Of a stretch of 64,000 nucleotides of DNA, positions 1 through 9,344 are shown piece after piece. Origin of the DNA: Alphaproteobacteria bacterium. Lineage in GTDB: Bacteria; Pseudomonadota; Alphaproteobacteria; MPNO01. Position 1 is the first letter of the stretch. Each line of letters begins with the position of its first letter. The notes beneath the pieces were generated by a model that made no database searches, had not been told where the DNA came from, and saw nothing but the letters and a program-made list of their open reading frames with translations. The position numbers were made by a program, and so were the translations under genes. The stretch spans positions 2,496,001 to 2,560,000 of the forward strand of contig CBDFLJ010000002.1 in NCBI GenBank assembly GCA_965248835.1, given 5' to 3'.

Positions 1-1731
1 GACGTCGAGCAGGAACGGCTCGCCCGCCTCGACCGCCTTGATCGCGGCATCGAGCGCCGGCGCGAGCGCACCCACGGTCTCGATCGGGCCGTTGGCAGCC
101 ACGCCCTGCGAACGGGCGAATCCGGCCAGATCGAGCGCCGGCTCGTCGATCCGCTGACCGATCCAGCGGTTCTCGACCGGGCGGTCGCGCTCCTTGGCCA
201 TCGCCTCCTGGTGGACCTCGTCGTTGAAGTTCGAACGGTTGTTGGAGATCACGAACAGGATCGGGATCTTGTAGTGGGCGGCGGTCCACAGCGCGGAGCC
301 GCCCTGCATGAAGTCGCCGTCGCCGAGGATCGCGATCGGCACCCGGCCGGAGTCCACGAGCGCCAGCCCCGCCCCGACGGCGTTGCCCGCGCCCGAGCCG
401 AGCCCGCCGCCACCGTCGTTGCCGAGATAATCGAGCGGCCCCTCGAAGTGGTAGGAATCGCCGGCCCAGCCGAGCGGCACCCTGGTGAGGGTGATCTGCC
501 GGCTGCCCTTGACGGCGTTGAGGGCGCCTGCGATGTCGCGCGGCGCGATCGGCGCGCCGGCATCCTTGGCCTCGGGCGCCACGACCGCGACCGGTTCGCC
601 GCCGGCGAACCTTGGCTTGCCGTCCAGCCGGGCCTCGACCTCGGCAAGGAGCTGGGCGGTGAAGGCGTCGGGGTCCGACAGGATCCGTTGATCGGCCGCG
701 GCGAGCCCGAAATGGTCCATCGACCAGCCGTTGTGGACATAGGAATCGAGCGTGACGTCGATCACCGTGCCGGTGATGCCGAAGCCCACGCCGAGCGCCT
801 TGAAGGTGCCGGCAAGGTCGATCCAGTCGAGCACCAGGAGCGCATCGGCCTCGCGCACGATATCCTCACCCGCCCCGCGCACCCAGTTGGACGGCGGGCC
901 GGCGTGGAGCCGGTGGCCGGTCGGAAAGGAGGCCGCGGTCTTGAGATCGGTGATGACGCGGGCGCCCAGCATCTCGGCCAGGCGCACCCGGCGGTCCCAG
1001 TCCTGCTTGCTGCGCGAGGTGCGGCCCATCATGATCACCGGGCGGGCGGCGGAAACCATCGCCTCGGCGGCCGCGGCGACCGCATCGGCCGAGGCGTGCG
1101 GCACCTCCGGCACCTCGAAGCGGGAGACATCGGGGATCGTGACCTCCGATGACAGCCGCGTCTCCTGCAGCCCTGCGTCGAGGCAGATATAGATCGGGCC
1201 GCGCGGCGGGGTCCTGACCATGATGCCCGCACGCAGCATGGTCTCGACGATCGCCTCGGCCGAGCGCGGCTCGTCGTCCCATTTGACGAAGTTGCGCAGC
1301 ATCATGCCCTGGTCCTTGGCAGTGTGGATCCAGTCGATCCACGGCCGGCGCAGCGGCGCGTCCACCGGTCCGGTCGCGCCCATCACGAAGACCGGTGCGC
1401 GGTCGCACCAGGCGTTGAACATGCCCATCAGCCCGTGCATCAGCCCGACATTGGAATGGACGATCGCGCCCATCGGCTCGTCGGCCACCTTGGCGTAGCC
1501 GTGGGCGATGGAAATCGCATGGTCCTCGTGCAGACAGAGCAGCATCTGCGGGTCCTCGTTGCCGAGGTAGTTCACGATCGAGTCGTGGAAGCCGCGATAG
1601 CTCGCACCGGGGTTGAGGGAGACGTATTTGATGCCGAGCCGGCGCATCATCTCGGCCGCGACGTCGCTGGCCCATTCCATCTGGCGGTTGCCGCCGAGCG
1701 CGGGGCGGTCGAGCTTGTCGAGCATGTTCAT
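1..1731 (-). CDS. ThDP-binding enzyme (acetolactate synthase / benzoylformate decarboxylase-like), 3' end off window
   Basis: Read manually: MNMLDKLDRP...SDVAAEMMRRLGIKYVSLNPGASYRGFHDS...LHEDHAISIAHGYAK; ThDP motif GDGDFMQG...NNRS near 330-235. Confidence 0.9.
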   Translation of the reverse strand, partial: MNMLDKLDRPALGGNRQMEWASDVAAEMMRRLGIKYVSLNPGASYRGFHDSIVNYLGNEDPQMLLCLHEDHAISIAHGYAKVADEPMGAIVHSNVGLMHGLMGMFNAWCDRAPVFVMGATGPVDAPLRRPWIDWIHTAKDQGMMLRNFVKWDDEPRSAEAIVETMLRAGIMVRTPPRGPIYICLDAGLQETRLSSEVTIPDVSRFEVPEVPHASADAVAAAAEAMVSAARPVIMMGRTSRSKQDWDRRVRLAEMLGARVITDLKTAASFPTGHRLHAGPPSNWVRGAGEDIVREADALLVLDWIDLAGTFKALGVGFGITGTVIDVTLDSYVHNGWSMDHFGLAAADQRILSDPDAFTAQLLAEVEARLDGKPRFAGGEPVAVVAPEAKDAGAPIAPRDIAGALNAVKGSRQITLTRVPLGWAGDSYHFEGPLDYLGNDGGGGLGSGAGNAVGAGLALVDSGRVPIAILGDGDFMQGGSALWTAAHYKIPILFVISNNRSNFNDEVHQEAMAKERDRPVENRWIGQRIDEPALDLAGFARSQGVAANGPIETVGALAPALDAAIKAVEAGEPFLLDV

Positions 1732-1734
1732 CGG

Positions 1735-2820
1735 TCAGTACTCCGGGGTCCTGAGGGAAAGGAACGGCAGGGCGCTGAGCGCGGACGGCGCGCGCACCGG
1801 CGCCGCTTCATGGAGGAAGGTCTCGTCGAGTTCGGACAACGAGGTGATGCCCATCAGGCCCATCGCGATCCGCATCTCGTCCTCCAGGAGCTCGAGCACG
1901 CGGACGATGCCGGCGGCCCCGTCGGCGGCGAGCCCCAGCCCCTGGACCTTGCCGACCGCGACCGCGTCGGCGCCGCGCGCGACCGCCTTGAGGATGTCGG
2001 TGCCGCGCATGAAGCCGCCGTCGACAACGATCTCGCACCGGCCGCCGATCGCGGCGACCACCTCGGGCAGCACGTCGATGCTGGCCCGGCCGTGGTCGAG
2101 CTGGCGCCCGCCGTGGTTGGAGACATAGACCGTCTCGACCCCGTGCTCGGCCGCCTTTTCGGCATCCTCGGCGGTGGCGATCCCCTTGATCTGCAGCGCG
2201 ATGTCGAAGCTGTCCTTGAACCACTTGACGGCATCCCAGTCGAGACCGGCCTGGAACTCCCAGCCTTCCATTACCTGGCGCCGGCTGGTGGGCGCATAGC
2301 GCTTGATGAGGTCGCGCTCGCGCCGGCTGTACAGCGCGACGTCGACGGTCAGGCAGAACGCGGCATAGCCGTGTTCGATCGCGCGGCGGACGTAACCGGC
2401 GATCCAGTCGCGGTCGCCCCGGACATAGAGCTGGTAGATCTTGGGATGGGCGGTCTCCGCGGCGACCTCCTCGAGCCCGGGCATGGTGACCGAGCTCAGG
2501 TAGCTGACCACCCCGAAGGTCTCGGCCGCCTTGGCGACCTCCATCGAGCCGCCGGGATGCAGCGTCTCCAGCGATCCCATCGGGGCCAGCGCCACCGGCA
2601 GGCGGGTGTCGTGGCCGGCCGTCCGCCCGCGGCAGTCGATCTGGCGCACGTCGTTCAGCACCCGCGGGCGGAAGGCGATGCTGTCCAGCCCCTGGCGGTT
2701 GCGCAGCAGCGTCGTCTCGGTTTCGGTCCCGCCGGTCAGATAGTCCCACGCCCCGTCGGAGACGTTGCCGCGCGCCGCCGCGGCAATCTCGTGCAGGGTC
2801 TCGAAGTCGGCCAAGGCCAC
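1735..2820 (-). CDS. FMN-dependent alpha-hydroxy acid oxidase/dehydrogenase
   Basis: DYLTGG, FRPRVL, RRERD, SNHGGRQLD, DGG..RGTD motifs; GTG start at 2820 with GGGAGG RBS. Confidence 0.92.
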   Translation of the reverse strand: MALADFETLHEIAAAARGNVSDGAWDYLTGGTETETTLLRNRQGLDSIAFRPRVLNDVRQIDCRGRTAGHDTRLPVALAPMGSLETLHPGGSMEVAKAAETFGVVSYLSSVTMPGLEEVAAETAHPKIYQLYVRGDRDWIAGYVRRAIEHGYAAFCLTVDVALYSRRERDLIKRYAPTSRRQVMEGWEFQAGLDWDAVKWFKDSFDIALQIKGIATAEDAEKAAEHGVETVYVSNHGGRQLDHGRASIDVLPEVVAAIGGRCEIVVDGGFMRGTDILKAVARGADAVAVGKVQGLGLAADGAAGIVRVLELLEDEMRIAMGLMGITSLSELDETFLHEAAPVRAPSALSALPFLSLRTPEY

Positions 2821-2965
2821 CCTCCCCTCGCAACGGCGCGCCCTCCCGCCGGCGCACCCCTCGACCGTGCCATCTAGCCCGGGCCGCCCGGGCGAGTCCA
2901 GGGCGCGCCACACCGGCCGCATCCGGCGCGCGGCGGCCAGGATGCCGGAGCCGGCAGATGTCGAA

Positions 2966-4177
2966 TCAACAGAACGGGCAGCCGGGGTGCTCGGCAAGAA
3001 TGTTGCTCACCACGGCTTGGGTCGTGGGCGGCGGTGTCTGGCGGCTGCGCCCGGTGACCACAGCAATGCCGTCGATCAGGACCATGCTAATGCCCGGCAG
3101 GTCGCCGTGGGCAATGGCATCGGCGAGCGTGCCGCCGGCCGAGCCGCCGACCGGGCCGGCAATGATCAAATCGGCCGGAGCGCCGGGGCGCAGGTGTCCG
3201 ACGTCCAGCCCATGGGCCTTGGCGGTGTTGCCGGTCGCCACCGCGATCGCCTCGCCCGGGCTCAGGCCGCAGACCGCGGACAGGTAGCAGATGTTGCGCA
3301 GCATGCCGCGCGGGATGATGCCGGTGCCGCCCGGGGTGTCGGTGCCGAGCGTGAGCCGGTCGAGCCGGCCGGCCTCGGCCAGGCGCCGGACCACGTTGAG
3401 GCTCGAGCGGTAATTGCCCGACGAGCAGACCTCGAGCGCGAAGCCGGTGTCATCGACCAGCCGGTCGAGATCGTCATCGCTCATCGGGATCGGCCCGCCC
3501 GAGACGTGGGCGGCGATGTCGGGCTGCAGCCAGGCGCAGGTCTCGAAGCCGCAGATCCGGCTGGCGCCCGAGCGCGAGACGCCGCCGGTGTGGACCTTGG
3601 TGCGCATGCCGCGGCTGCGCGCCCAAATGCTGTAACGCAGCGCCTCGGCGCGGTCGTCCTCCAGCGGGTAGAAGATGAACTTGACCAGGATCGCTCCGGC
3701 CTCGGCGAGCGTGTCGAACTGGGCCTCGGTCATGCCGGGGACCAGGAGCGCCGTGCCGGCATGCATCTTCACACCCGACCAGCGCACCCGTCCGGTGGTC
3801 TCGGCCGCGACCAGCGCCAGCGCCGTCACCAGGTCGGGGTGCAAGTTCGCGTAGTCGAGGCCCGGCGCATGGAGTTCGCCCGCCGAGACCATGCTCGTCG
3901 TGCCGCCGTGGAGATAGTTACCGACCCAGCCGAGCGCGTCCTGGGTCGGTGTCCATTCGCCCAGCACCGGGTGGACATGGCCGTCGATCAGCCCCGGCAG
4001 CACCGCCGCGCCGCCGGCATCGATCACCGTCGTCTCGCCCAAGGGCGCGGTCTCCGGCGGCGGGTCGAGTGCCGCGATGCGGCCGTCCTCGATCAGAAGC
4101 GATGAGACCAGAGCGGTCGGCGCGGCGATGTCTCCGGTGAAGAACTCGCCGATGCCGGTGATCAACGTGCGCGTCAT
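2966..4177 (-). CDS. Enamidase-like amidohydrolase
   Basis: PGLIDGHVH, HGGTTSMVSAG, HTGG, HVSGGP, GTDTPGGTG, SRQTPP run collinear with E. barkeri enamidase as I recall it; start MTRTLITGIG. Confidence 0.85.
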   Translation of the reverse strand: MTRTLITGIGEFFTGDIAAPTALVSSLLIEDGRIAALDPPPETAPLGETTVIDAGGAAVLPGLIDGHVHPVLGEWTPTQDALGWVGNYLHGGTTSMVSAGELHAPGLDYANLHPDLVTALALVAAETTGRVRWSGVKMHAGTALLVPGMTEAQFDTLAEAGAILVKFIFYPLEDDRAEALRYSIWARSRGMRTKVHTGGVSRSGASRICGFETCAWLQPDIAAHVSGGPIPMSDDDLDRLVDDTGFALEVCSSGNYRSSLNVVRRLAEAGRLDRLTLGTDTPGGTGIIPRGMLRNICYLSAVCGLSPGEAIAVATGNTAKAHGLDVGHLRPGAPADLIIAGPVGGSAGGTLADAIAHGDLPGISMVLIDGIAVVTGRSRQTPPPTTQAVVSNILAEHPGCPFC

Positions 4178-4288
4178 CGTGCGAGTATAGCGCGGCGGAC
4201 CGCATCGCGAAGGCCGGCCCTTTACCCGCACGGGACGATCTGGCAGGACTGCGCCGAGCCCAGCACACCGCAATCCGGGAGACAGGGG

Positions 4289-5293
4289 ATGAACGGGACG
4301 GAATTCGCGCTTGCCAGCTTCGCCGGAGGACCCGGTGCGCCATTTGCCGCGATCGTCCTCGGTGAGCGCGCGGTCTCGATCGCAAGCGTCTATTCCGCCT
4401 ATCGCGACAGCCCGCGCGGCAAGGCCGGGCCGCTGACCGCAACCCAGAGCATCGACGGGCTGCTCGAGGGTTGGGATCACAATTTTCCGGTGCTGCAGGA
4501 GATCGTCGCCTTCCTGGAGCGGGAAGGGATCGACAGCGACCGGTTCGCGGGGGCTGCGGCCAAGGTCTCGGATTTGCGGGCGCTGCCGCCGGTCGCGCGG
4601 CCGGGCAAGATCTTCAACGCCGCGCAGAATTTCCAAGAACATGTCGATGAGATGATCCGCGCCGGGACCTCGCCCGCGGGCGGGCCGCAGTTCACCGGCG
4701 ATCGATCGACCTCCAGACCCTATCTGTTCCTCAAGGCGCCGAGTGTCTTGGCCGGCGCCGATGACGACATCGCAATTCCGCGCGGCATGGAGCGGATCGA
4801 CTGGGAGGCCGAGATCGCCTGCGTCGTCTGGAAGAAGGCCAAGCGGGTCGGCGCCGAGCATGCGCTCGACCACGTCGCCGGCTTCATGACCACCAACGAC
4901 GTCTCCTGCCGCGACATGCAGATGCGCGAGGACCGCCCGGCGCTGCGCTCGGACTGGCTGGGCGGCAAGAGCCACGACCGTTTCGCCCCGATGGGGCCGG
5001 TCCTGGTGCCGGCCGCCTTCGTCGCCGATCACATGAACCTGTTTATCCGGCTTTGGGTGAACGGCGAAATCAAGCAGGACGGCAACACCGCGCAGTTCAT
5101 CTACACGCCCGAGGAGCAGATCGCGTTCGCCTCCAACATCCTGAGCTTGGAGACCGGCGACGTCTTCGTCTGCGGCACCTGCGGCGGCGTCGGCATGGGG
5201 GCGGGCACGTTCCTTAAGGTCGGCGACGTGATGGAGACCGAGGTCGAGGGCCTCGGCAGGATGCGCAACCGCCTGGTCGAAGACCGGTCGTAG
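4289..5293 (+). CDS. Fumarylacetoacetate hydrolase family protein
   Basis: NFQEH, FLKAPS, DWEAEI, NDVSCRD, GKSHD..PMGP, GT.GGVG. Confidence 0.9.
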   Translation: MNGTEFALASFAGGPGAPFAAIVLGERAVSIASVYSAYRDSPRGKAGPLTATQSIDGLLEGWDHNFPVLQEIVAFLEREGIDSDRFAGAAAKVSDLRALPPVARPGKIFNAAQNFQEHVDEMIRAGTSPAGGPQFTGDRSTSRPYLFLKAPSVLAGADDDIAIPRGMERIDWEAEIACVVWKKAKRVGAEHALDHVAGFMTTNDVSCRDMQMREDRPALRSDWLGGKSHDRFAPMGPVLVPAAFVADHMNLFIRLWVNGEIKQDGNTAQFIYTPEEQIAFASNILSLETGDVFVCGTCGGVGMGAGTFLKVGDVMETEVEGLGRMRNRLVEDRS

Positions 5294-5312
5294 GGCGGGC
5301 CGCGCGGCCTCC

Positions 5313-6953
5313 TCACCCGTCCTCGGGTTCCTCGGCGAGACGCCTGACCTCGGTGTTCATCGCGACGTCCTTGCGGCGGCGCTGGGCGATGCGCTTGCCG
5401 GTCTCGAAATAGTCGCTTTGGGTGGCAAGCCGGGCAGCCTCGTCGAATTCCTCGGACCATTCGCCCAGACTGTAGCCGTGCCACGGCGCTTGGGGCTTGA
5501 GCGGCGGCAGGCCGAGCTCTTCCCAGATCTTGCGGGCGTTTTCCATGAACGCCCGCTTGGGCAGCGAGATCGGCGGAAAATCCTCCTTCAGCGTGGCGTC
5601 GATCAAGACCGAGGCGTCCTCACCGTCGTTCCGCAGGCTGCGCGGGCCGTGGCCCTGGTCGCGGTGGCCCAGCACCTGGAAGTCGAGCGCCGGGTTGGCG
5701 CGGTAGGCCATCGCCCAGAACAGCGCGTCGGCGTTGTCGGGATCGATGTCCTCGTTGACCGCGATGACGTACTTGCCGGCCGCGCGGTGGAGCGAGGCCG
5801 CGCCGTACAGCGCCCGCCAGATCTCGGTCCTGGGCACCGCGCGCTCGACCTGGACGACGAGCACCTTGCGGATGTTGGTCAGCGGCTCATGCATACCGAC
5901 CCGGATGATGCCGCGGATTCCGAGGTGGTCGCGCAGGTGGGCGAGGAACAAAGGTTCCATCGCAACCCGCTTGATGGTGGAGGATTCAGACGGCGTGACC
6001 TGGCTGATGATCGAGGTCAACACCGCATCGCGGCGCCGCGTGATCGCGGTGACATCCATGAAGGCGTTGAATTCCTGCAGGTTGACGTGGCCGTGGCTCT
6101 CGCCGAACGGCGCCTCGGGCTCCAGGTACTCGGTGTCGATGAGGCCTTCGACGACGATCTCCGCCTCGGCCGGGACCAGCAGATCGACCGTCTTGGCCCG
6201 CACCACGTTGAGCGGGGCGCCGACCAGCCCGCCGGCGACGGCGAGCTCGTCCATGCTCTCGGGAAGCTTCATCGTCGAGGTGAAGGTCACGCATGGCGGC
6301 GCGCCCAGCACGACCGCGGCCGGCATCCGCTCGCCGCGGTCCTTGTATTTGAGCCAATGCGCATAGATCCCCGGCCGCAGCTCCAGCGACGGGTTCATGC
6401 CCAGCCGGCGCGGCGCCTTCACCTGGCCGCGGTAGTTGCCCATGTTCTGGACCAACGTATCGGGGTCCCGGGTGATGTATTGCGACAGCGTCGTGTAGGG
6501 CGCGTTGTCCCAGCCCGGCGTGGAGATCGGCACCGGGATGCCGTCGAGCCCGTTGCCGTCGGCGTCGAGCGCCGCACCCTCGAAGACCAGCTCATGGCAC
6601 GGTGCGGCCGCGACCTCGTTGGGCGGGATCGGGTTGGCGATCGCGCTCGCCCACTGCGCCTCGATCGCGTCCAGCGCGCAGCCGATGCCGCGGCGGTAGA
6701 TCTCCCGGTTCGCGGCCAGGGCGCCCACCACGACCGGGATGTCGAAGGCACGGCCCTTCGAATCGGTGACGTTGGTGAACAGGAACGCCTTGCGCTCGGC
6801 CTCGGGGATGCCGCCGCGGAACTGCCAGCGGACCAGCGGATGCATCTCGGTGTCCTTGTTGATCGGACGATCGATGCGGATCAGCAGCCCCGCGCCTTCG
6901 AGCGCGGCGATGTGGTCGTGGAGGTCGGCATAGGCGCGCGCGGGGCCGGCCAC
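5313..6953 (-). CDS. UbiD-family (prFMN-dependent) decarboxylase, paralog C
   Basis: NMGNYR, EAEIVVEG, EAPFGES (E-x4-E), DATLK; GTG start 1 nt after the upstream TAG. Confidence 0.9.
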   Translation of the reverse strand: MAGPARAYADLHDHIAALEGAGLLIRIDRPINKDTEMHPLVRWQFRGGIPEAERKAFLFTNVTDSKGRAFDIPVVVGALAANREIYRRGIGCALDAIEAQWASAIANPIPPNEVAAAPCHELVFEGAALDADGNGLDGIPVPISTPGWDNAPYTTLSQYITRDPDTLVQNMGNYRGQVKAPRRLGMNPSLELRPGIYAHWLKYKDRGERMPAAVVLGAPPCVTFTSTMKLPESMDELAVAGGLVGAPLNVVRAKTVDLLVPAEAEIVVEGLIDTEYLEPEAPFGESHGHVNLQEFNAFMDVTAITRRRDAVLTSIISQVTPSESSTIKRVAMEPLFLAHLRDHLGIRGIIRVGMHEPLTNIRKVLVVQVERAVPRTEIWRALYGAASLHRAAGKYVIAVNEDIDPDNADALFWAMAYRANPALDFQVLGHRDQGHGPRSLRNDGEDASVLIDATLKEDFPPISLPKRAFMENARKIWEELGLPPLKPQAPWHGYSLGEWSEEFDEAARLATQSDYFETGKRIAQRRRKDVAMNTEVRRLAEEPEDG

Positions 6954-6954
6954 T

Positions 6955-8592
6955 CTAATCGTCCTCGCCTTCGATCCAGCGGACCGGGGTCTCGGGCTCA
7001 ACCCCGCTGCGCCGCCGCTGGGCGGTCAGCCGGCCGTTCTCCAGGTAGTCGCCGGCCGCCGCGCGCCGCGCCGCCAGCTCCCAGGCCCCGTTCCAGTCGC
7101 CCAGCGAATAGCCGTGCCACGGGCTCTGCGGCACCAGCGGCGGCAGGTCGAGCGCCTCCCAGATCGTCTTGGCGCGCTCCATGTAGTCCTGCCGGGGCAG
7201 GGCGACCGGCGGCATGTCGCTCTTGAGCGTTGCATCGACCAGCATCGTGGAGTCCTCGAAATCCGGATCCTCGGTCTTCGGCCCGTGGCCGCGGTGGCGG
7301 TGGTCGAGAACGGCGGAATCCTCGCGCGGGTTGGCGCGGTAGGCCATCGACCACCACACCGCATCGGCGTTCTCGGGGTCGATGTCGTCGGAGACCGCAA
7401 CGACGTATTTCCCGCACGCCGATTGCAGGCTGGACGCGCCATAGAGCGCACGCCACACCTCGGTTCGCGGCACGCCGCGCTCGAATTGCAGGAAAATCAC
7501 GCGGCGGATGTTGGTCAGCGGCTCATGCATCACCACACGCCTGATGCCGCGGATCCCGAGATGGGTCTTGAGATGGGCGAGGAACAGCGGCTCGTAGGCG
7601 ACCCGTTTGATGACCGAGGACTCGCTCGGCGTCACCTGGCTGATGATCGAGGTGAAGACCGCATCGCGCCGATGGGTGATCGCGCTCACCGCCATGATCA
7701 TGTTGTAGTCCTCGAGAGCGATATGGCCGTGGCTCTCGCCGAACGGCGCTTCGGGCTCGACCAGCTCGGTATCGATCAACCCTTCGATGACGATCTCGGA
7801 CTCCGCCGGCACCGTCAGGTCGACCGTGCGGCAACGGGTCACCCGGATCGGCGCGCCCGCGATACCGCCGGCGACCGCGACTTCGTCCAGGCCCATGCGC
7901 AGCTTTTGCGGCGCGCAATAGGCGACCGCCGGCGGCGGGCCGAGCACGATCGCGCACGGCATCTTGCGGCCGCGTTTGCGGTATTCGAGCCAGTGCCGGT
8001 AGCCTTCCGCTCCGCCCGCCCGCGTCGCCATGCGGACCGCCAGCCGGTCGGGCGCCTTGAGGCCCGCGCGGTAGGTGCCCATATTCTGCACCCCGGTCTC
8101 GGGGTTCCTGGTCACGCACCCGGTCGCAGTGAGATAGGGCGCGCAGTCGAACCCGGGCGTGGAGATCGGCACCGGCAGGGCATCGAGCCCGGCGCCCGCG
8201 CCCTGGAGCGCCGCGCCCTCGATCACCACGTCCTGGCACGGCGCGTCGTCGACCTCGACGGGGGCGATCGGGTTGGCAATCGCCTCGCCCCAGCGCTCGC
8301 CGATGCGCTCGACCGGCACGCCCATGCCGATCCGGTAGATCTCTTCATTGGCCGCCAGTGCGCCGATCACCACCGGCATGTCGTAGTGCCGGCCCTTGGC
8401 GTCGGTCACGTTGGTGAACAGGAACGCCCTGCGCCGGGCCTCCGCCAGCCCGCCGCGGAACTGCCAACGCACCAGCGGGTGCATCTCGGTGTCCTTGTCG
8501 ATCGGCCGATCGACACGGAACAGGAGCCCGGCGCGCTCCAGCGCGGCCAGGTGTGCCCGCAGGTCGGGATAGCCGGGCGCGCCCACTACCAC
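6955..8592 (-). CDS. UbiD-family decarboxylase, paralog B
   Basis: NMGTYR, ESEIVIEG, EAPFGES, DATLK; start overlaps the SDR stop. Confidence 0.9.
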   Translation of the reverse strand: MVVGAPGYPDLRAHLAALERAGLLFRVDRPIDKDTEMHPLVRWQFRGGLAEARRRAFLFTNVTDAKGRHYDMPVVIGALAANEEIYRIGMGVPVERIGERWGEAIANPIAPVEVDDAPCQDVVIEGAALQGAGAGLDALPVPISTPGFDCAPYLTATGCVTRNPETGVQNMGTYRAGLKAPDRLAVRMATRAGGAEGYRHWLEYRKRGRKMPCAIVLGPPPAVAYCAPQKLRMGLDEVAVAGGIAGAPIRVTRCRTVDLTVPAESEIVIEGLIDTELVEPEAPFGESHGHIALEDYNMIMAVSAITHRRDAVFTSIISQVTPSESSVIKRVAYEPLFLAHLKTHLGIRGIRRVVMHEPLTNIRRVIFLQFERGVPRTEVWRALYGASSLQSACGKYVVAVSDDIDPENADAVWWSMAYRANPREDSAVLDHRHRGHGPKTEDPDFEDSTMLVDATLKSDMPPVALPRQDYMERAKTIWEALDLPPLVPQSPWHGYSLGDWNGAWELAARRAAAGDYLENGRLTAQRRRSGVEPETPVRWIEGEDD

Positions 8593-9344
8593 ATGGCCGA
8601 GCCGCCATCGACCACCACGGTCTGGCCGGTGACGAAGTCGCTGTCAGCCGAGGCCAGGTAGACGCAGGCACCGACCAGATCCTCGGGCGTCTCCTCGCGC
8701 TTGAGCGCGCGGGTGGCGGTCGTCGCCGTGGGATTGCCGCCCATCCAATTGGTGCGCTTCAAGACGTTCTCGCTCATCGTCGAGCCGGGCGCGATTGCGT
8801 TGACGCAGATATTGTCGCCGCCGACCTCGCGGGCGAGCGAGCGGGTGATGCCCAGGACCGCGGCCTTGGAGGCATCGTAGTGCAGGAAGAACGGCGAGCC
8901 CTTGAAGATCCGCCCGGTGCAGATCGAAATGATTTTTCCGTATTTCTGCTTGCGCATCGCGGGCACGGCCGCCTTGCAGCACAGCCAGACGCCCTTGACG
9001 TTGACCGCCATCAGCCGGTCCCACTCCGCGACCGGGATGTCGGTGAAGGGCTTGCGCTCGACGGCGGTGAAGATGGCGGCGTTGTTGACGATGATGTCGA
9101 GCTTGCCGAAGGCCTCGACCGTTGCCGCGACCATCGTCTGGCAGGCCGCCTCGTCGGAGACGTCGGTCGGCACATCGATCGCCCGCGCGCCGGAGGCCTC
9201 GATCTCGCCCACCACCTTGGCGCCGGTGTCCTGGTCGGCTATGGCGATGCTCGCGCCCTCGGCGGCCATGGCTCGGGCGAACGCGGCCCCAATCCCCTGC
9301 GCCGCGCCGGTGACTATCGCAACGCGTCCGTCAAGCCGTCCCAT
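8586..9344 (-). CDS. Short-chain dehydrogenase/reductase (SDR)
   Basis: TGAAQGIG, NNAA, YDASK, NAIAPG, DGG. Confidence 0.92.
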   Translation of the reverse strand: MGRLDGRVAIVTGAAQGIGAAFARAMAAEGASIAIADQDTGAKVVGEIEASGARAIDVPTDVSDEAACQTMVAATVEAFGKLDIIVNNAAIFTAVERKPFTDIPVAEWDRLMAVNVKGVWLCCKAAVPAMRKQKYGKIISICTGRIFKGSPFFLHYDASKAAVLGITRSLAREVGGDNICVNAIAPGSTMSENVLKRTNWMGGNPTATTATRALKREETPEDLVGACVYLASADSDFVTGQTVVVDGGSAMW

